NCBI GenBank assembly: GCA_038116985.1
Contig: JAYOEZ010000006.1
Location: forward strand, 7,903 to 71,902
Direction: 5' to 3'
From: Alphaproteobacteria bacterium
GTDB taxonomy: Bacteria; Pseudomonadota; Alphaproteobacteria; SHVP01
Length of the DNA: 64,000 nt
Both the position numbers and the translations under genes were made by a program. Each line of letters opens with the position of its first letter. Position 1 is the stretch's first letter. This document shows positions 1 through 9,047 of this stretch, one piece after another. The notes below the pieces were generated by a model, which was not told the origin of the DNA, did not search any database, and saw only the letters and a list, made by a program, of their open reading frames with translations.

Positions 1-798
1 CTTTCCGGTTTTTCGACCGGTGATTTCACCGACGCCCCGATGCTGAGGATTGTCGTCGCGACCGGCGTCGCGCTCGGCGTCGCCAGTGCCGCGGTGTGGG
101 CATCGCGCCTGCGCGCGCACAGCGGCATGGACCTCGGCCTGCAACTTCTAGAGGGGAGCGTGCGCGCCAACGTACCCTACGGCATGGGCATCAGCCTCGC
201 GCTCGGCGGACAGGCGGGCCTGGAGCTTTTCCTCGTGGCTGCCGCAACGTACCTGCCGATCGTGGTCGTCGCCGGCGGCCTGTTCCAGCAACTGGCTGGA
301 CGGCGCGACAGCGATCCCGAGGCGGAGCAGCAATTCGCCCTGGTCACCGCTCTAAGATTGTTGGCCCAGAATCCCATCGTCGCCGGGGCGGCGATCGGCA
401 TCGTGCTCAACCTCTTTGAGGTACCGGTCGCGGCCGGTCTGGCGGCGATCTTCCAGGCTGCCGGCTATGCAGCCATCCCCGTCGGCCTGCTTGGCGCCGG
501 CGCCGCCCTGAGCCTGGCGGCCGCGCAAAACGCTCTCGATGCCGCACGCAGCGACGTTTTGGTCGCACTTGCCATCAAGTCGGTCGGCCTGCCTGCTGTC
601 GCCGGACTATTGGCCTTTGTCCTTGGGCTGTCGGGGCCATCGGCAACGGCGGTTGTGCTGATTGCCGCACTACCTTGCGTCGTGCCGCGCTTCAGCGTCT
701 CGGCCGGCCCGTCGCAGGCGGTGCTCAGCGGCATCGCGACGTGGTCCACACTGCTTTCGGTGGTCGTCGTCCCAGTCGCGCTGTGGCTGCTTAGCTAG
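1..798 (+). CDS. AEC (auxin efflux carrier) family membrane transporter, 5' end cut by the window edge
   Basis: Open frame from position 1. Translation is very hydrophobic with multiple predicted TM helices and resembles the C-terminal half of AEC/MdcF-type permeases. Assignment by recollection only. Confidence 0.55.
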   Translation, partial: LSGFSTGDFTDAPMLRIVVATGVALGVASAAVWASRLRAHSGMDLGLQLLEGSVRANVPYGMGISLALGGQAGLELFLVAAATYLPIVVVAGGLFQQLAGRRDSDPEAEQQFALVTALRLLAQNPIVAGAAIGIVLNLFEVPVAAGLAAIFQAAGYAAIPVGLLGAGAALSLAAAQNALDAARSDVLVALAIKSVGLPAVAGLLAFVLGLSGPSATAVVLIAALPCVVPRFSVSAGPSQAVLSGIATWSTLLSVVVVPVALWLLS

Positions 799-836
799 TT
801 GTCGGCTCGGGACCGGGTACCTATAGTGAAGCTTTA

Positions 837-1805
837 ATGACATCTCTCGCCGTGACGCCTTTTCCCCACCGGCACCTGTTGGGCATTGAGGACTTGTCGA
901 CGGGGGAAATCAACGCGCTTCTCGATCTCGCCGATTCGTATGTCGACCTCAACCGACGGCCCGAGAAGAAGCTGAGCCGCCTGCGCGGCCGCACCCAAAT
1001 CAATCTGTTCTTCGAGAGCTCGACACGGACCAAGACGTCGTTCGAGCTGGCCGGCAAGCGACTCGGCGCGGACGTCATCAACATGTCGGTCGAGGGGTCG
1101 GCCATCAAGAAGGGCGAAACCCTCATTGACACGGCGATGACGCTGAACGCGATGCAGCCCGATCTCATGGTGATCCGCCATGCCGCCAGCGGCGCAGCCG
1201 AACTTCTGTCGCAGAAGGTCAACGGGTCGGTCATCAACGCAGGTGACGGCAGCCACGCGCATCCAACGCAGGCCTTGCTGGACGCGCTGACGATCCGGCG
1301 CCGCGTGGGACATCTCCAGGGTCTGGTCGTCGCGATTTGCGGCGACATACTGCACAGCCGGGTGGCGCGTTCGAACATCCAGCTCCTCGGCAAGATGGGG
1401 GCGCTCGTACGCGTCGTTGCGCCGCCGACGCTACTGCCTTCTGAGGCAGATCGGCTCGGCGTGGAGGTCCACCACGACATGGCGACCGGCCTCAAGAATG
1501 CCGACATCGTCATGATGTTGCGGTTGCAGCTCGAGCGCATGAAGGGCGCCTTCGTTCCATCCATCCGCGAATACTTCCGCTACTACGGCCTCGACCGCGA
1601 GAAGCTGGCCCACGCCAAGCCCGATGCGTTGATCATGCATCCAGGACCGATGAATCGCGGGGTCGAGATCGACACCGAGGTCGCCGACGACATCAACCGC
1701 AGCGTCATCCGCGAACAGGTCGAGATGGGCGTGGCCGTCCGCATGGCGTGTCTCGACGCCCTGGTCCATGGCGAACTTTCTGCAGAAGTCGGCGAGGCGG
1801 AATGA
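837..1805 (+). CDS. pyrB: aspartate carbamoyltransferase catalytic subunit
   Basis: Seen: 322 aa with the carbamoyl-phosphate-binding STRTR motif and the HPTQ motif ([19 protein letters not shown]). Stop TGA overlaps the next start (ATGA). Confidence 0.95.
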   Translation: MTSLAVTPFPHRHLLGIEDLSTGEINALLDLADSYVDLNRRPEKKLSRLRGRTQINLFFESSTRTKTSFELAGKRLGADVINMSVEGSAIKKGETLIDTAMTLNAMQPDLMVIRHAASGAAELLSQKVNGSVINAGDGSHAHPTQALLDALTIRRRVGHLQGLVVAICGDILHSRVARSNIQLLGKMGALVRVVAPPTLLPSEADRLGVEVHHDMATGLKNADIVMMLRLQLERMKGAFVPSIREYFRYYGLDREKLAHAKPDALIMHPGPMNRGVEIDTEVADDINRSVIREQVEMGVAVRMACLDALVHGELSAEVGEAE

Positions 1806-3103
1806 TCGAGACCACGGCACCAAAGACGGCCTACGTGAACGCGCGGCTGCTCGATCCGGCGACCGGCACCGACGGCAAGGGAGACGTCCTGACGGTTGAC
1901 GGCGAGATCGCCGACGTCGGCGCCTTGTTCGACGCCGGCACGCCGGACGATGCCATCGTCATCGACTGCGGCGGCAAGTGCCTGGCGCCGGGGTTCGTCG
2001 ACATGATGGCTTCGCTCGGTGAACCCGGCCGCGAGCACAAGGAAACGATCCACACCGCAACCCGCGCCGCAGCGGTTGGCGGTGTGACCACGATCGTCGC
2101 TTCACCGGACACGCGGCCGATCATCGACGAAATCGCCCTGGTCGAGTTTCTCGAAAGACGCGCCATCGAAACCGGAGACGTGCGCGTTCTTCCGGCAGCG
2201 GCGCTGACCAAGGGTTTGGCCGGCGAGGAGATGACGGAGTTCGGCCTGTTGTCCGAGGCCGGCGCCGTGATGTTCACAGACGGCTACCGCAGCATCACCA
2301 ACGCGCAAGTACTGCGCCGCGCTCTGTCCTATGCCACCTCTTTTGGCGCCTTGATCTCTCATCACGCGGAGCTGCCGGAGCTCGCCGGCGACGGCGTGAT
2401 GAACGATGGCGAAACGGCAACACGGCTCGGGCTTAGCGGCATTCCCGCCGCCGCCGAAGTCATCATGCTCGAGCGCGATCTGCGGATCGCGGAGCTGACA
2501 GGCGGCCGCTACCACGCGGCATCGATCTCTACCGCGGAATCGGTAGATGCAATGCGGCGCGCCAAAGACAAGGGCCTCAAGGTAAGCTGCGGCGTTGCGC
2601 CGTATCATTTCGCGCTCAATGACGCGGAAGTCGGGCCCTACCGGACATTCACCAAAGTAACGCCGCCGCTGCGGAGTGAGATGGACCGCCAGGCTATCGT
2701 TGCGGGCCTCTCCGAGGGCACCATCGACGTGATCGCCAGTCACCATCGACCGGAGGATCCGGAGGGCAAACGCCTGCCATTCGCTCAGGCCGCGTTTGGC
2801 GCAGTGGGCCTGGAAACGATGTTCGTGATCGGCCTTGAACTGGCCCACACCGGCAACATCGCGCTGCTCGACCTGATCGCGCGCCTCTCGACCCGGCCCG
2901 CAGAATTGCTCGGCCTGCCCCAGGGCCGCTTGGCCAAGGGCGCGCCGGCGGACCTTGTGGTGTTCGACCCCGACCCGCCCTGGCGCATCGATGCCGGGGC
3001 GTTCCAGAGCAAGTCGAAGAACACGCCCTTCGACGAACGCCCGGTTCAGGGACGTGTCTTGCGGACGGTCGTCGCGGGTCACACCGTGTACGACGCGGGC
3101 TAG
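1802..3103 (+). CDS. pyrC: dihydroorotase or dihydroorotase-like protein (amidohydrolase, PyrC/PyrC' class) cotranscribed with pyrB
   Basis: Seen: ATG at 1802 overlaps the pyrB stop. 433 aa with an amidohydrolase fold pattern. The pyrB-pyrC' pairing is established in Proteobacteria. Confidence 0.85.
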   Translation: MIETTAPKTAYVNARLLDPATGTDGKGDVLTVDGEIADVGALFDAGTPDDAIVIDCGGKCLAPGFVDMMASLGEPGREHKETIHTATRAAAVGGVTTIVASPDTRPIIDEIALVEFLERRAIETGDVRVLPAAALTKGLAGEEMTEFGLLSEAGAVMFTDGYRSITNAQVLRRALSYATSFGALISHHAELPELAGDGVMNDGETATRLGLSGIPAAAEVIMLERDLRIAELTGGRYHAASISTAESVDAMRRAKDKGLKVSCGVAPYHFALNDAEVGPYRTFTKVTPPLRSEMDRQAIVAGLSEGTIDVIASHHRPEDPEGKRLPFAQAAFGAVGLETMFVIGLELAHTGNIALLDLIARLSTRPAELLGLPQGRLAKGAPADLVVFDPDPPWRIDAGAFQSKSKNTPFDERPVQGRVLRTVVAGHTVYDAG

Positions 3104-3106
3104 CGC

Positions 3107-3910
3107 GTGCCCGACCCGGTCGGCGACTTCTCCTTCACCTGGCCGTACTTTGCGGTATTCATCGCCGCCTATCTCCTCGGGTCTGTTCCGTTCGGTGTGA
3201 TCCTGACACGCCTGGCCGGCGCCGGGGATCTGCGCGCGATCGGCTCGGGCAACATCGGCGCCACCAACGTGCTGCGGACCGGACGTCGTTCGCTCGCGGC
3301 CGCGACGCTCATCCTCGACGGGGCAAAGGGCGCCCTCCCCGTCATCCTGGCCGAACACTTCTTGTTCCGCGACCAGGCGATCATCGCCGGTGTGGGCGCC
3401 GTGCTCGGACACATGCTGCCAATTTGGCTGATCGGCTCCAGCCGGCACGGCACCATCTTCGCGCTGCGCGAGGCGCTGCTCCTGATTGTCGGGTTCGGCG
3501 TGACCCTAATCGGCAAAGGACCGGTCAGCCTGGTCGGCGCCGCGATGTTGGTCGCGAGCACGCTGTTCGCCTGGGGTGGCAAGGGTGTGGCGACCGGGCT
3601 CGGTGTCCTGTTGGCAGCCAATCCAGCGGTCGGCGTCCTTGCGTGCCTCACCTGGCTGATTGTTGCCCTGGTGTTTCGATATTCCTCCCTGGCGGCGGTC
3701 TGCGCTTTCGTCGGCGCGCCGATCTTCGCCTGGATCCTGTCCGTGACGCAGGTCGCGGGGGCCTATTGGTCGGATCCGCAACGTATGGAGTTCGCGGTCT
3801 TCGTCGCCCTGGTCGTCCTCATCCGGCACGGCGGCAACATTGGCCGTCTGTTGCGTGGGGAGGAGCCGCGGATTGGCCAGGGAAAGGAACAAGGACGAGC
3901 CGCCACCTGA
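3107..3910 (+). CDS. plsY: glycerol-3-phosphate acyltransferase PlsY carrying an unusual internal insertion of about 48 aa
   Basis: Seen: GTG start 3 nt after the pyrC stop. PlsY motifs SGNIGATNVLRTG and GGKGVAT are present. A hydrophobic insert sits between HMLPIWL and GGKGVAT (residues about 109-156). Total length is 267 aa against a usual 195-215. Confidence 0.85.
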   Translation: MPDPVGDFSFTWPYFAVFIAAYLLGSVPFGVILTRLAGAGDLRAIGSGNIGATNVLRTGRRSLAAATLILDGAKGALPVILAEHFLFRDQAIIAGVGAVLGHMLPIWLIGSSRHGTIFALREALLLIVGFGVTLIGKGPVSLVGAAMLVASTLFAWGGKGVATGLGVLLAANPAVGVLACLTWLIVALVFRYSSLAAVCAFVGAPIFAWILSVTQVAGAYWSDPQRMEFAVFVALVVLIRHGGNIGRLLRGEEPRIGQGKEQGRAAT

Positions 3911-3938
3911 GTGCTCCAACCCGTCGATTCACGATCTG

Positions 3939-4142
3939 GTGGACCGCCTTCGCCTGATCCGCAGCGACAACGTCGGCCCCATCACCTATCACGCCTTGCT
4001 CGCGCGCTTCGGCAGTGCGAGAGATGCGATCGTCGCGCTTCCCTCCCTTTCGAAGCGCGGCGGCCGCCGAACCCCAATCAGACCCCCGGATGTCGCTGCC
4101 ATCGAAGAGGAACTGGCAGCCGCGGCTCGAATCGGCGCCTAA
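3939..4142 (+). pseudogene. dprA: DprA N-terminal (SAM/HhH-like) domain fragment, ended by an in-frame TAA at 4140-4142
   Basis: Seen: translation LRLIRSDNVGPITYHALLARFGSARDAIVAL matches the DprA N-terminal consensus. It is in the same frame as the downstream DprA core and separated from it only by TAA plus one codon. The start is uncertain (GTG 3939 proposed; the track ORF starts at TTG 3840 inside plsY). Confidence 0.6.
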
Positions 4143-4145
4143 CCC

Positions 4146-5015
4146 TTGGTGCACGGTACGCCGGACTATCCGGTATTGCTTGCCGCTATCGCGGATGCGC
4201 CGCCGATCCTCTACGCCATCGGCTCGCACGCGCTGCTCCAGCGTCCGGCCGTGGCGATCGTCGGCGCTCGGAACGCTTCGGCGGTTGGCCGCCGGTTCGC
4301 ACACGACCTCGCGGCGGAACTCGGGTCGGCGGGTTTGCCGGTCGTTTCCGGACTCGCGCGCGGGATCGATACGTCGGCGCATCTTGGCGCATTGGAAAGT
4401 GGAACCATCGCCGTCATGGCAGGGGGCGCCGACTACGTTTATCCGCCCCAGAACGAATCGCTGCACGCCGAAATCTGCGCACAGGGGTGCGTCGTATCCG
4501 AGATGCCGCCCGGCAGCGAACCTCGCGCCCAGCACTTTCCACGGCGCAATCGAATCGTCGCCGCTGTTGCATCTGCGGTAGTTGTGGTTGAAGGAGCTGC
4601 GCGTTCCGGCTCACTCATCACAGCACGTCTCGCCGGGGAATATGGACGAGATGTGCTGGCGGTCCCTGGTTCGCCGATGGACCCTCGCGCCCGCGGTCCC
4701 AACGCATTGATCCGACAGGGCGCCGCCCTTTGTGAAAGCGCTGACGACGTCCTTGCGCTGTTGGAACCGGCACGAGCGTCGCGTGTGCCATTGCCCGTCG
4801 ACGCACAGCCCGATCCACCCGGTTGCGAAGAAGAAGCGAGCGAATCGGAGCGGGACCGCATCGTTGCCGCCCTCAGCGTGGCGCCCGGTGACATCGACGA
4901 TATCGCCAGGCTCTGCGCCAGCACCCCGCAAACGGTCGTTGCCGTGGTCATGGAACTCGAACTGGCCGGACGCGCTCAAAGACTTCCGGGGCACCGGGTG
5001 CAGCTGTTGGGCTAG
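4146..5015 (+). CDS. dprA: DNA-processing protein DprA (Smf), Rossmann-fold core; the 5' part is separated by an in-frame ochre codon
   Basis: Seen: PDYPVLL, PAVAIVGARNASAVGRRFA, VVSGLARGIDTSAH, SGSLITARLA. This is a strong DprA signature. The ORF begins at TTG directly after TAA-CCC. Confidence 0.85.
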   Translation: MVHGTPDYPVLLAAIADAPPILYAIGSHALLQRPAVAIVGARNASAVGRRFAHDLAAELGSAGLPVVSGLARGIDTSAHLGALESGTIAVMAGGADYVYPPQNESLHAEICAQGCVVSEMPPGSEPRAQHFPRRNRIVAAVASAVVVVEGAARSGSLITARLAGEYGRDVLAVPGSPMDPRARGPNALIRQGAALCESADDVLALLEPARASRVPLPVDAQPDPPGCEEEASESERDRIVAALSVAPGDIDDIARLCASTPQTVVAVVMELELAGRAQRLPGHRVQLLG

Positions 5016-5117
5016 ACTACGTCGATGACGCGCGACTCTGGCAGAACCAGCCACAGCACAAGACGCGAACGCCGCGTCGAGCGTGGTGGCCGCAATACGT
5101 CGACGAGGCCGACCGAC

Positions 5118-6197
5118 ATGCAGGCGATGTTCGAGCTTGCCGTTCACGAGCATCGCGGCGGCAACCTCCTGCGCGCACGGCAGCTCTATGAGAGCATCCT
5201 GCAGACCGCCGATTCGCCCCAGGTGCGCTGCAACCTGGCAACGGTGCTGCGGACCTTGGGCGATGGCGAACAGGCGGAGCGCCTTTATCGCCAGGCAATC
5301 GCGATCAAGCCCGACCTCGCCGAAGCGCATGGCGGGCTGGGCAACGTCCTGCGTGACGCGGGGCGCTTCGACGAGGCGATCGACTGCCTTCGCATCGCGC
5401 TTGATCTGAAGCCCGACTACACCGACGCCCACGTCAATCTCGGCAACGTTCTGCAGGGACTGGGGCGTTACGAAGAGGCCGCCAAGCATTTCGAGCATGC
5501 ACTCCGGCACGGTCCCGACGACGAAGAAACGCGCTTTACGCTGGCAGCGATTCGCGGCGAGCGCCCCTCTGAAGCGCCTGCGTCCTATGCCCGCAACCTC
5601 TTCGACTCCTATGCCGATCGCTTCGACGATCACCTCGTGACCGCGCTCAAGTACCGCGTGCCCGAACTGATGCGCGCTGCGCTCGGCGCGGTACTGGGCG
5701 AGGCCGGATCCCCCAAGTCGCTGCGAGTCGCCGATTTGGGCTGCGGCACCGGACTGTGTGCGGCCGCCGTCGCCGATCTAGCGGCCACTATTCAGGGAGT
5801 CGATCTGGCGCCAAAGATGGTCGAGAAGGCGCAGGCGCGCGGAATCTACGACGAGGTCGTCTGCGGCGACATCGTGACGTTCCTGAAGCAACGACAGGGC
5901 GCCTTCGACCTCGCCCTGGCCGGCGATGTCTTTATATATGTCGGCGATATGCGGCCGACGCTGGAAGCGGCTCACGACGCGCTCGTTTCAGGCGGATTGT
6001 TCGCGCTCAGCGTCGAAGCGCTCGATGCGGACGGATTCGCGCTCCAGCCCACAGCGCGGTTTGCACATTCCATGGCGTACATCGAACGAACCGCCCAGGC
6101 AGCGGGTTTCACCGTTTGCTGGCGAGATGACATCACCGTGCGCATCGATCGCGGGGTCGCTCTCCCCGGCCATTTGTACGTGCTGCAGCGCCGGTAA
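5118..6197 (+). CDS. TPR-repeat protein fused to a class I SAM-dependent methyltransferase
   Basis: Seen: N-terminal TPR-like repeats (AEAHGGLGNVLRDAGRFDEAIDC, DAHVNLGNVLQGLGRYEEAAKH). C-terminal SAM motif I LRVADLGCGTGLCAAAV. ATG at 5118 chosen over the track start 5025. Confidence 0.75.
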   Translation: MQAMFELAVHEHRGGNLLRARQLYESILQTADSPQVRCNLATVLRTLGDGEQAERLYRQAIAIKPDLAEAHGGLGNVLRDAGRFDEAIDCLRIALDLKPDYTDAHVNLGNVLQGLGRYEEAAKHFEHALRHGPDDEETRFTLAAIRGERPSEAPASYARNLFDSYADRFDDHLVTALKYRVPELMRAALGAVLGEAGSPKSLRVADLGCGTGLCAAAVADLAATIQGVDLAPKMVEKAQARGIYDEVVCGDIVTFLKQRQGAFDLALAGDVFIYVGDMRPTLEAAHDALVSGGLFALSVEALDADGFALQPTARFAHSMAYIERTAQAAGFTVCWRDDITVRIDRGVALPGHLYVLQRR

Positions 6198-6268
6198 CGC
6201 GCTGCAAACCTTAAGGATTTCTTCAGCGCTTCATTCCTAGAAGCGTCCGTGGACCCGAACACTCGCGA

Positions 6269-6298
6269 TTGACAGTTTGTCCGCTTTCAGACTATGTG
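6269..6298 (+). promoter_or_regulatory. candidate sigma70-type promoter upstream of topA (TTGACA, 17-18 nt, CTATGT/TATGTG)
   Basis: Seen: TTGACA at 6269-6274 and a TATGTG-like -10 at 6292-6298, about 70 nt upstream of the topA ATG. Pattern match only. Confidence 0.3.
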
Positions 6299-6368
6299 CT
6301 GGCCCCTCCACATCCGGCGCGTGCCGTGATGAGTAACAACGACGAGTAGAATCGAACGCGATCATCAT

Positions 6369-9044
6369 ATGAACGTCGTCGTCGTCGAATCCCCCGCCAA
6401 GGCAAAAACAATCAACAAGTACCTTGGTAGCGACTACATAGTGCTGGCCAGCTACGGCCACGTGCGCGACTTGCCGTCGAAGAACGGCTCCGTCGATCCG
6501 GATGCCGACTTCGCGATGAAGTACGAGACCGATCCGGATTCGAGCAAACACCTGAAGGCGATCGCGAAGGCGCTGAAAGGTTCCGAGCGGCTCTATCTCG
6601 CAACGGATCCCGATCGTGAGGGCGAGGCGATCGCCTGGCACGTGTTGAGTGCGCTGGCGGAAATGAACGCCTGCAAGGACGTCGACGTGAAGCGCGTCGT
6701 GTTCAATGAAATCACCAAGTCCGCCGTTCAGGAAGCAATGCAGCATCCGCGCGAGATCGACATGGATCTCGTCAATGCGCAGCAGGCGCGCCGGGCTCTC
6801 GACTACCTCGTGGGCTTCACGCTGTCGCCGGTACTCTGGCGCAAGCTGCCCGGTGCGCGTTCAGCAGGCCGCGTTCAATCGGTAGCACTGCGCCTGATCT
6901 GCGAGCGTGAACTCGAGATCGACAAGTTCATTCCGCAGGAATACTGGTCGATCGCCGCGGACTTCCAGACGGCCGATGGCGCCACCCTGCCGGCGCGCCT
7001 GGTTCAACTGAACGGTGAGAAGCTAGAGAAATTCTCGCTCAAGACCGAGGCTGACGCCCAGGCGGCCGTCGCCCTGATCGAGGGCGCTGGCGGGTTCTCC
7101 GTCGCCGAGGTTTCGGCAAAGGAAACCTCTCGGCATCCGCCCCCGCCGTTCACGACATCAACTCTGCAGCAGGAAGCTTCTCGCAAGCTGCGCTATGCCG
7201 CGCGGCGTACCATGCAGATCGCCCAGCGCCTCTACGAGGGCATCGACATCGACGGCGACACGACGGGTCTCATTACATACATGCGGACCGACGGCGTTTC
7301 GATCGCCAACGAGGCGGTTGCCGGCTGCCGGCGGGTGATCGCCTCGGAATACGGCGACCCCTACGTGCCGGACCAGCCGCGCGCCTACAAGAACAAGGCC
7401 AAGAACGCCCAGGAAGCGCATGAGGCGATCCGCCCGACTGATCTCGCCCGCTTGCCCAAAGACATGCGGGCCTATCTGAGCCCCGAGCAGGCCGATCTTT
7501 ATGAGTTGGTGTGGAAGCGCACCATCGCAAGTCAAATGGCGAGCGCAAAGTTGGAAAACGCGAGCGTCGAGATCGCCGCGCGCGACGGCAAGAGCGGCTT
7601 CCGCGCCACAGGCCAGGTCATTCTGTTCGACGGGTTCCTCAAGCTCTATCAGGAAGGCCGTGACGACGTCGCCAAGGACGACACCAGCGACGACAACCGG
7701 GCGTTGCCCAAGGTTGCCGCGCAGGATTCGCTGGAACACGGCGAGGTCAAGCCGTCGCAGCACTTCACCGAACCGCCCCCGCGCTACACCGAGGCGACGC
7801 TGGTCAAGAAGCTGGAAGAACTCGGCATCGGCAGACCTTCCACTTATGCATCGATTCTCTCGGTTCTGCAGGACCGCAACTACGTTCGTCTGGAGAAATC
7901 GCGTTTCTTCGCCGAGGACCGTGGCCAGCTCGTCACGGCGTTCCTCGTCAGCTTCTTCGAACGCTACGTGGAGTACGACTTCACGGCCGACCTCGAAAAC
8001 CAGCTGGACGAAATCTCGGCCGGACATATCGACTGGAAGAAGGTTCTCGCCGACTTCTGGCGCGAGTTCACCAAGGCGGTGGACGGCACCAAGGAGCTAC
8101 GTGTCCGCGACGTCCTGGATTCGCTGAACGAGATCCTGGCCGATCATGTCTTTCATCCCAGCACGGACAGCGCGGACCCGCGAAAGTGTCCGTCGTGCGA
8201 CGACGGCTTGCTGAGCATCAAGATCGGCAAATTCGGCGCCTTCGTGGGCTGCTCGAACTATCCGGACTGCCGCTTCACCCGTGCGCTGGGTGAGGCCGGC
8301 GACGCCGACGCCAACGGCGCCGCGGGACCCCGTGAACTGGGCGTCGATCCGGCCACCGAAGAGCCCGTCACCGTACGCAAGGGCCCCTACGGCTTTTACA
8401 TTCAACGCGGCGAAGCGATCGACGACAAGAAACCTAAACGCGTCGCGATCCCCAAGGGCTCAGACCCGCACGAATTGGAACTTGAGCAGGCCGTGCGCTT
8501 TCTGTCGCTGCCGCGCGAAGTCGGCAAGCATCCCGAAAGCGGCAAGAAGATCAGCGCCGGCATCGGACGCTTCGGACCCTACATCCGCCATGACGGCGAT
8601 TATCGCTCGCTCGGCGAGGACGAAGACGTCCTCACCGTCGGCCTCAACCGGGCCGTGGCGCTACTCGCCGAGCCCAAGCGCCGCCGCGGCCCGAAAGTGC
8701 TCAAAACGCTGGGCGAGCACCCCGACGACGGGCAAGCAGTAGCGATCCTCGACGGCCGCTACGGCCCCTACGTGAACCACGGCAAGACCAACGCGACACT
8801 GCCCGGCGGCACCGAACCGGAAGACGTCACCATGGAGGTCGCTCTCGGTTTGATTGCCGAACGCGAAAAGAAGTCCGGCTCGAAGAAGAAGGCCAAGCCC
8901 GCCGCCAAGAAGAAGACCGCGAAAAAGAAAACGGCAAAGAAAAAGGCCGCTAGGTCGGCCAAGAAGAAGACCACCGCTAAGAAAGCGGGTGCCGCGAAGA
9001 CCACCAGCGAAACGGCCGAGCCCGCAACAACCGACGGCGACTAG
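6369..9044 (+). CDS. topA: DNA topoisomerase I with a lysine/alanine-rich C-terminal tail
   Basis: Seen: canonical N-terminus MNVVVVESPAKAKTINKYLG, a TOPRIM/topo IA core, Zn-ribbon CPSCDDG...C motifs, and a tail KKKAKPAAKKKTAKKKTAKKKAARSAKKK. Confidence 0.97.
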   Translation: MNVVVVESPAKAKTINKYLGSDYIVLASYGHVRDLPSKNGSVDPDADFAMKYETDPDSSKHLKAIAKALKGSERLYLATDPDREGEAIAWHVLSALAEMNACKDVDVKRVVFNEITKSAVQEAMQHPREIDMDLVNAQQARRALDYLVGFTLSPVLWRKLPGARSAGRVQSVALRLICERELEIDKFIPQEYWSIAADFQTADGATLPARLVQLNGEKLEKFSLKTEADAQAAVALIEGAGGFSVAEVSAKETSRHPPPPFTTSTLQQEASRKLRYAARRTMQIAQRLYEGIDIDGDTTGLITYMRTDGVSIANEAVAGCRRVIASEYGDPYVPDQPRAYKNKAKNAQEAHEAIRPTDLARLPKDMRAYLSPEQADLYELVWKRTIASQMASAKLENASVEIAARDGKSGFRATGQVILFDGFLKLYQEGRDDVAKDDTSDDNRALPKVAAQDSLEHGEVKPSQHFTEPPPRYTEATLVKKLEELGIGRPSTYASILSVLQDRNYVRLEKSRFFAEDRGQLVTAFLVSFFERYVEYDFTADLENQLDEISAGHIDWKKVLADFWREFTKAVDGTKELRVRDVLDSLNEILADHVFHPSTDSADPRKCPSCDDGLLSIKIGKFGAFVGCSNYPDCRFTRALGEAGDADANGAAGPRELGVDPATEEPVTVRKGPYGFYIQRGEAIDDKKPKRVAIPKGSDPHELELEQAVRFLSLPREVGKHPESGKKISAGIGRFGPYIRHDGDYRSLGEDEDVLTVGLNRAVALLAEPKRRRGPKVLKTLGEHPDDGQAVAILDGRYGPYVNHGKTNATLPGGTEPEDVTMEVALGLIAEREKKSGSKKKAKPAAKKKTAKKKTAKKKAARSAKKKTTAKKAGAAKTTSETAEPATTDGD

Positions 9045-9047
9045 CGC

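Noticed and set aside
2102-3448. 448-aa minus-strand ORF antisense to pyrC/plsY
   Set aside because: Translation is Arg/Ala/Gly-rich with no motifs. It lies fully inside two well-supported sense genes. This is typical antisense open-frame noise in 66% GC DNA.
4611-5633. 340-aa minus-strand ORF across dprA/TPR-MT
   Set aside because: Antisense to supported genes, spans an intergenic gap, no motifs.
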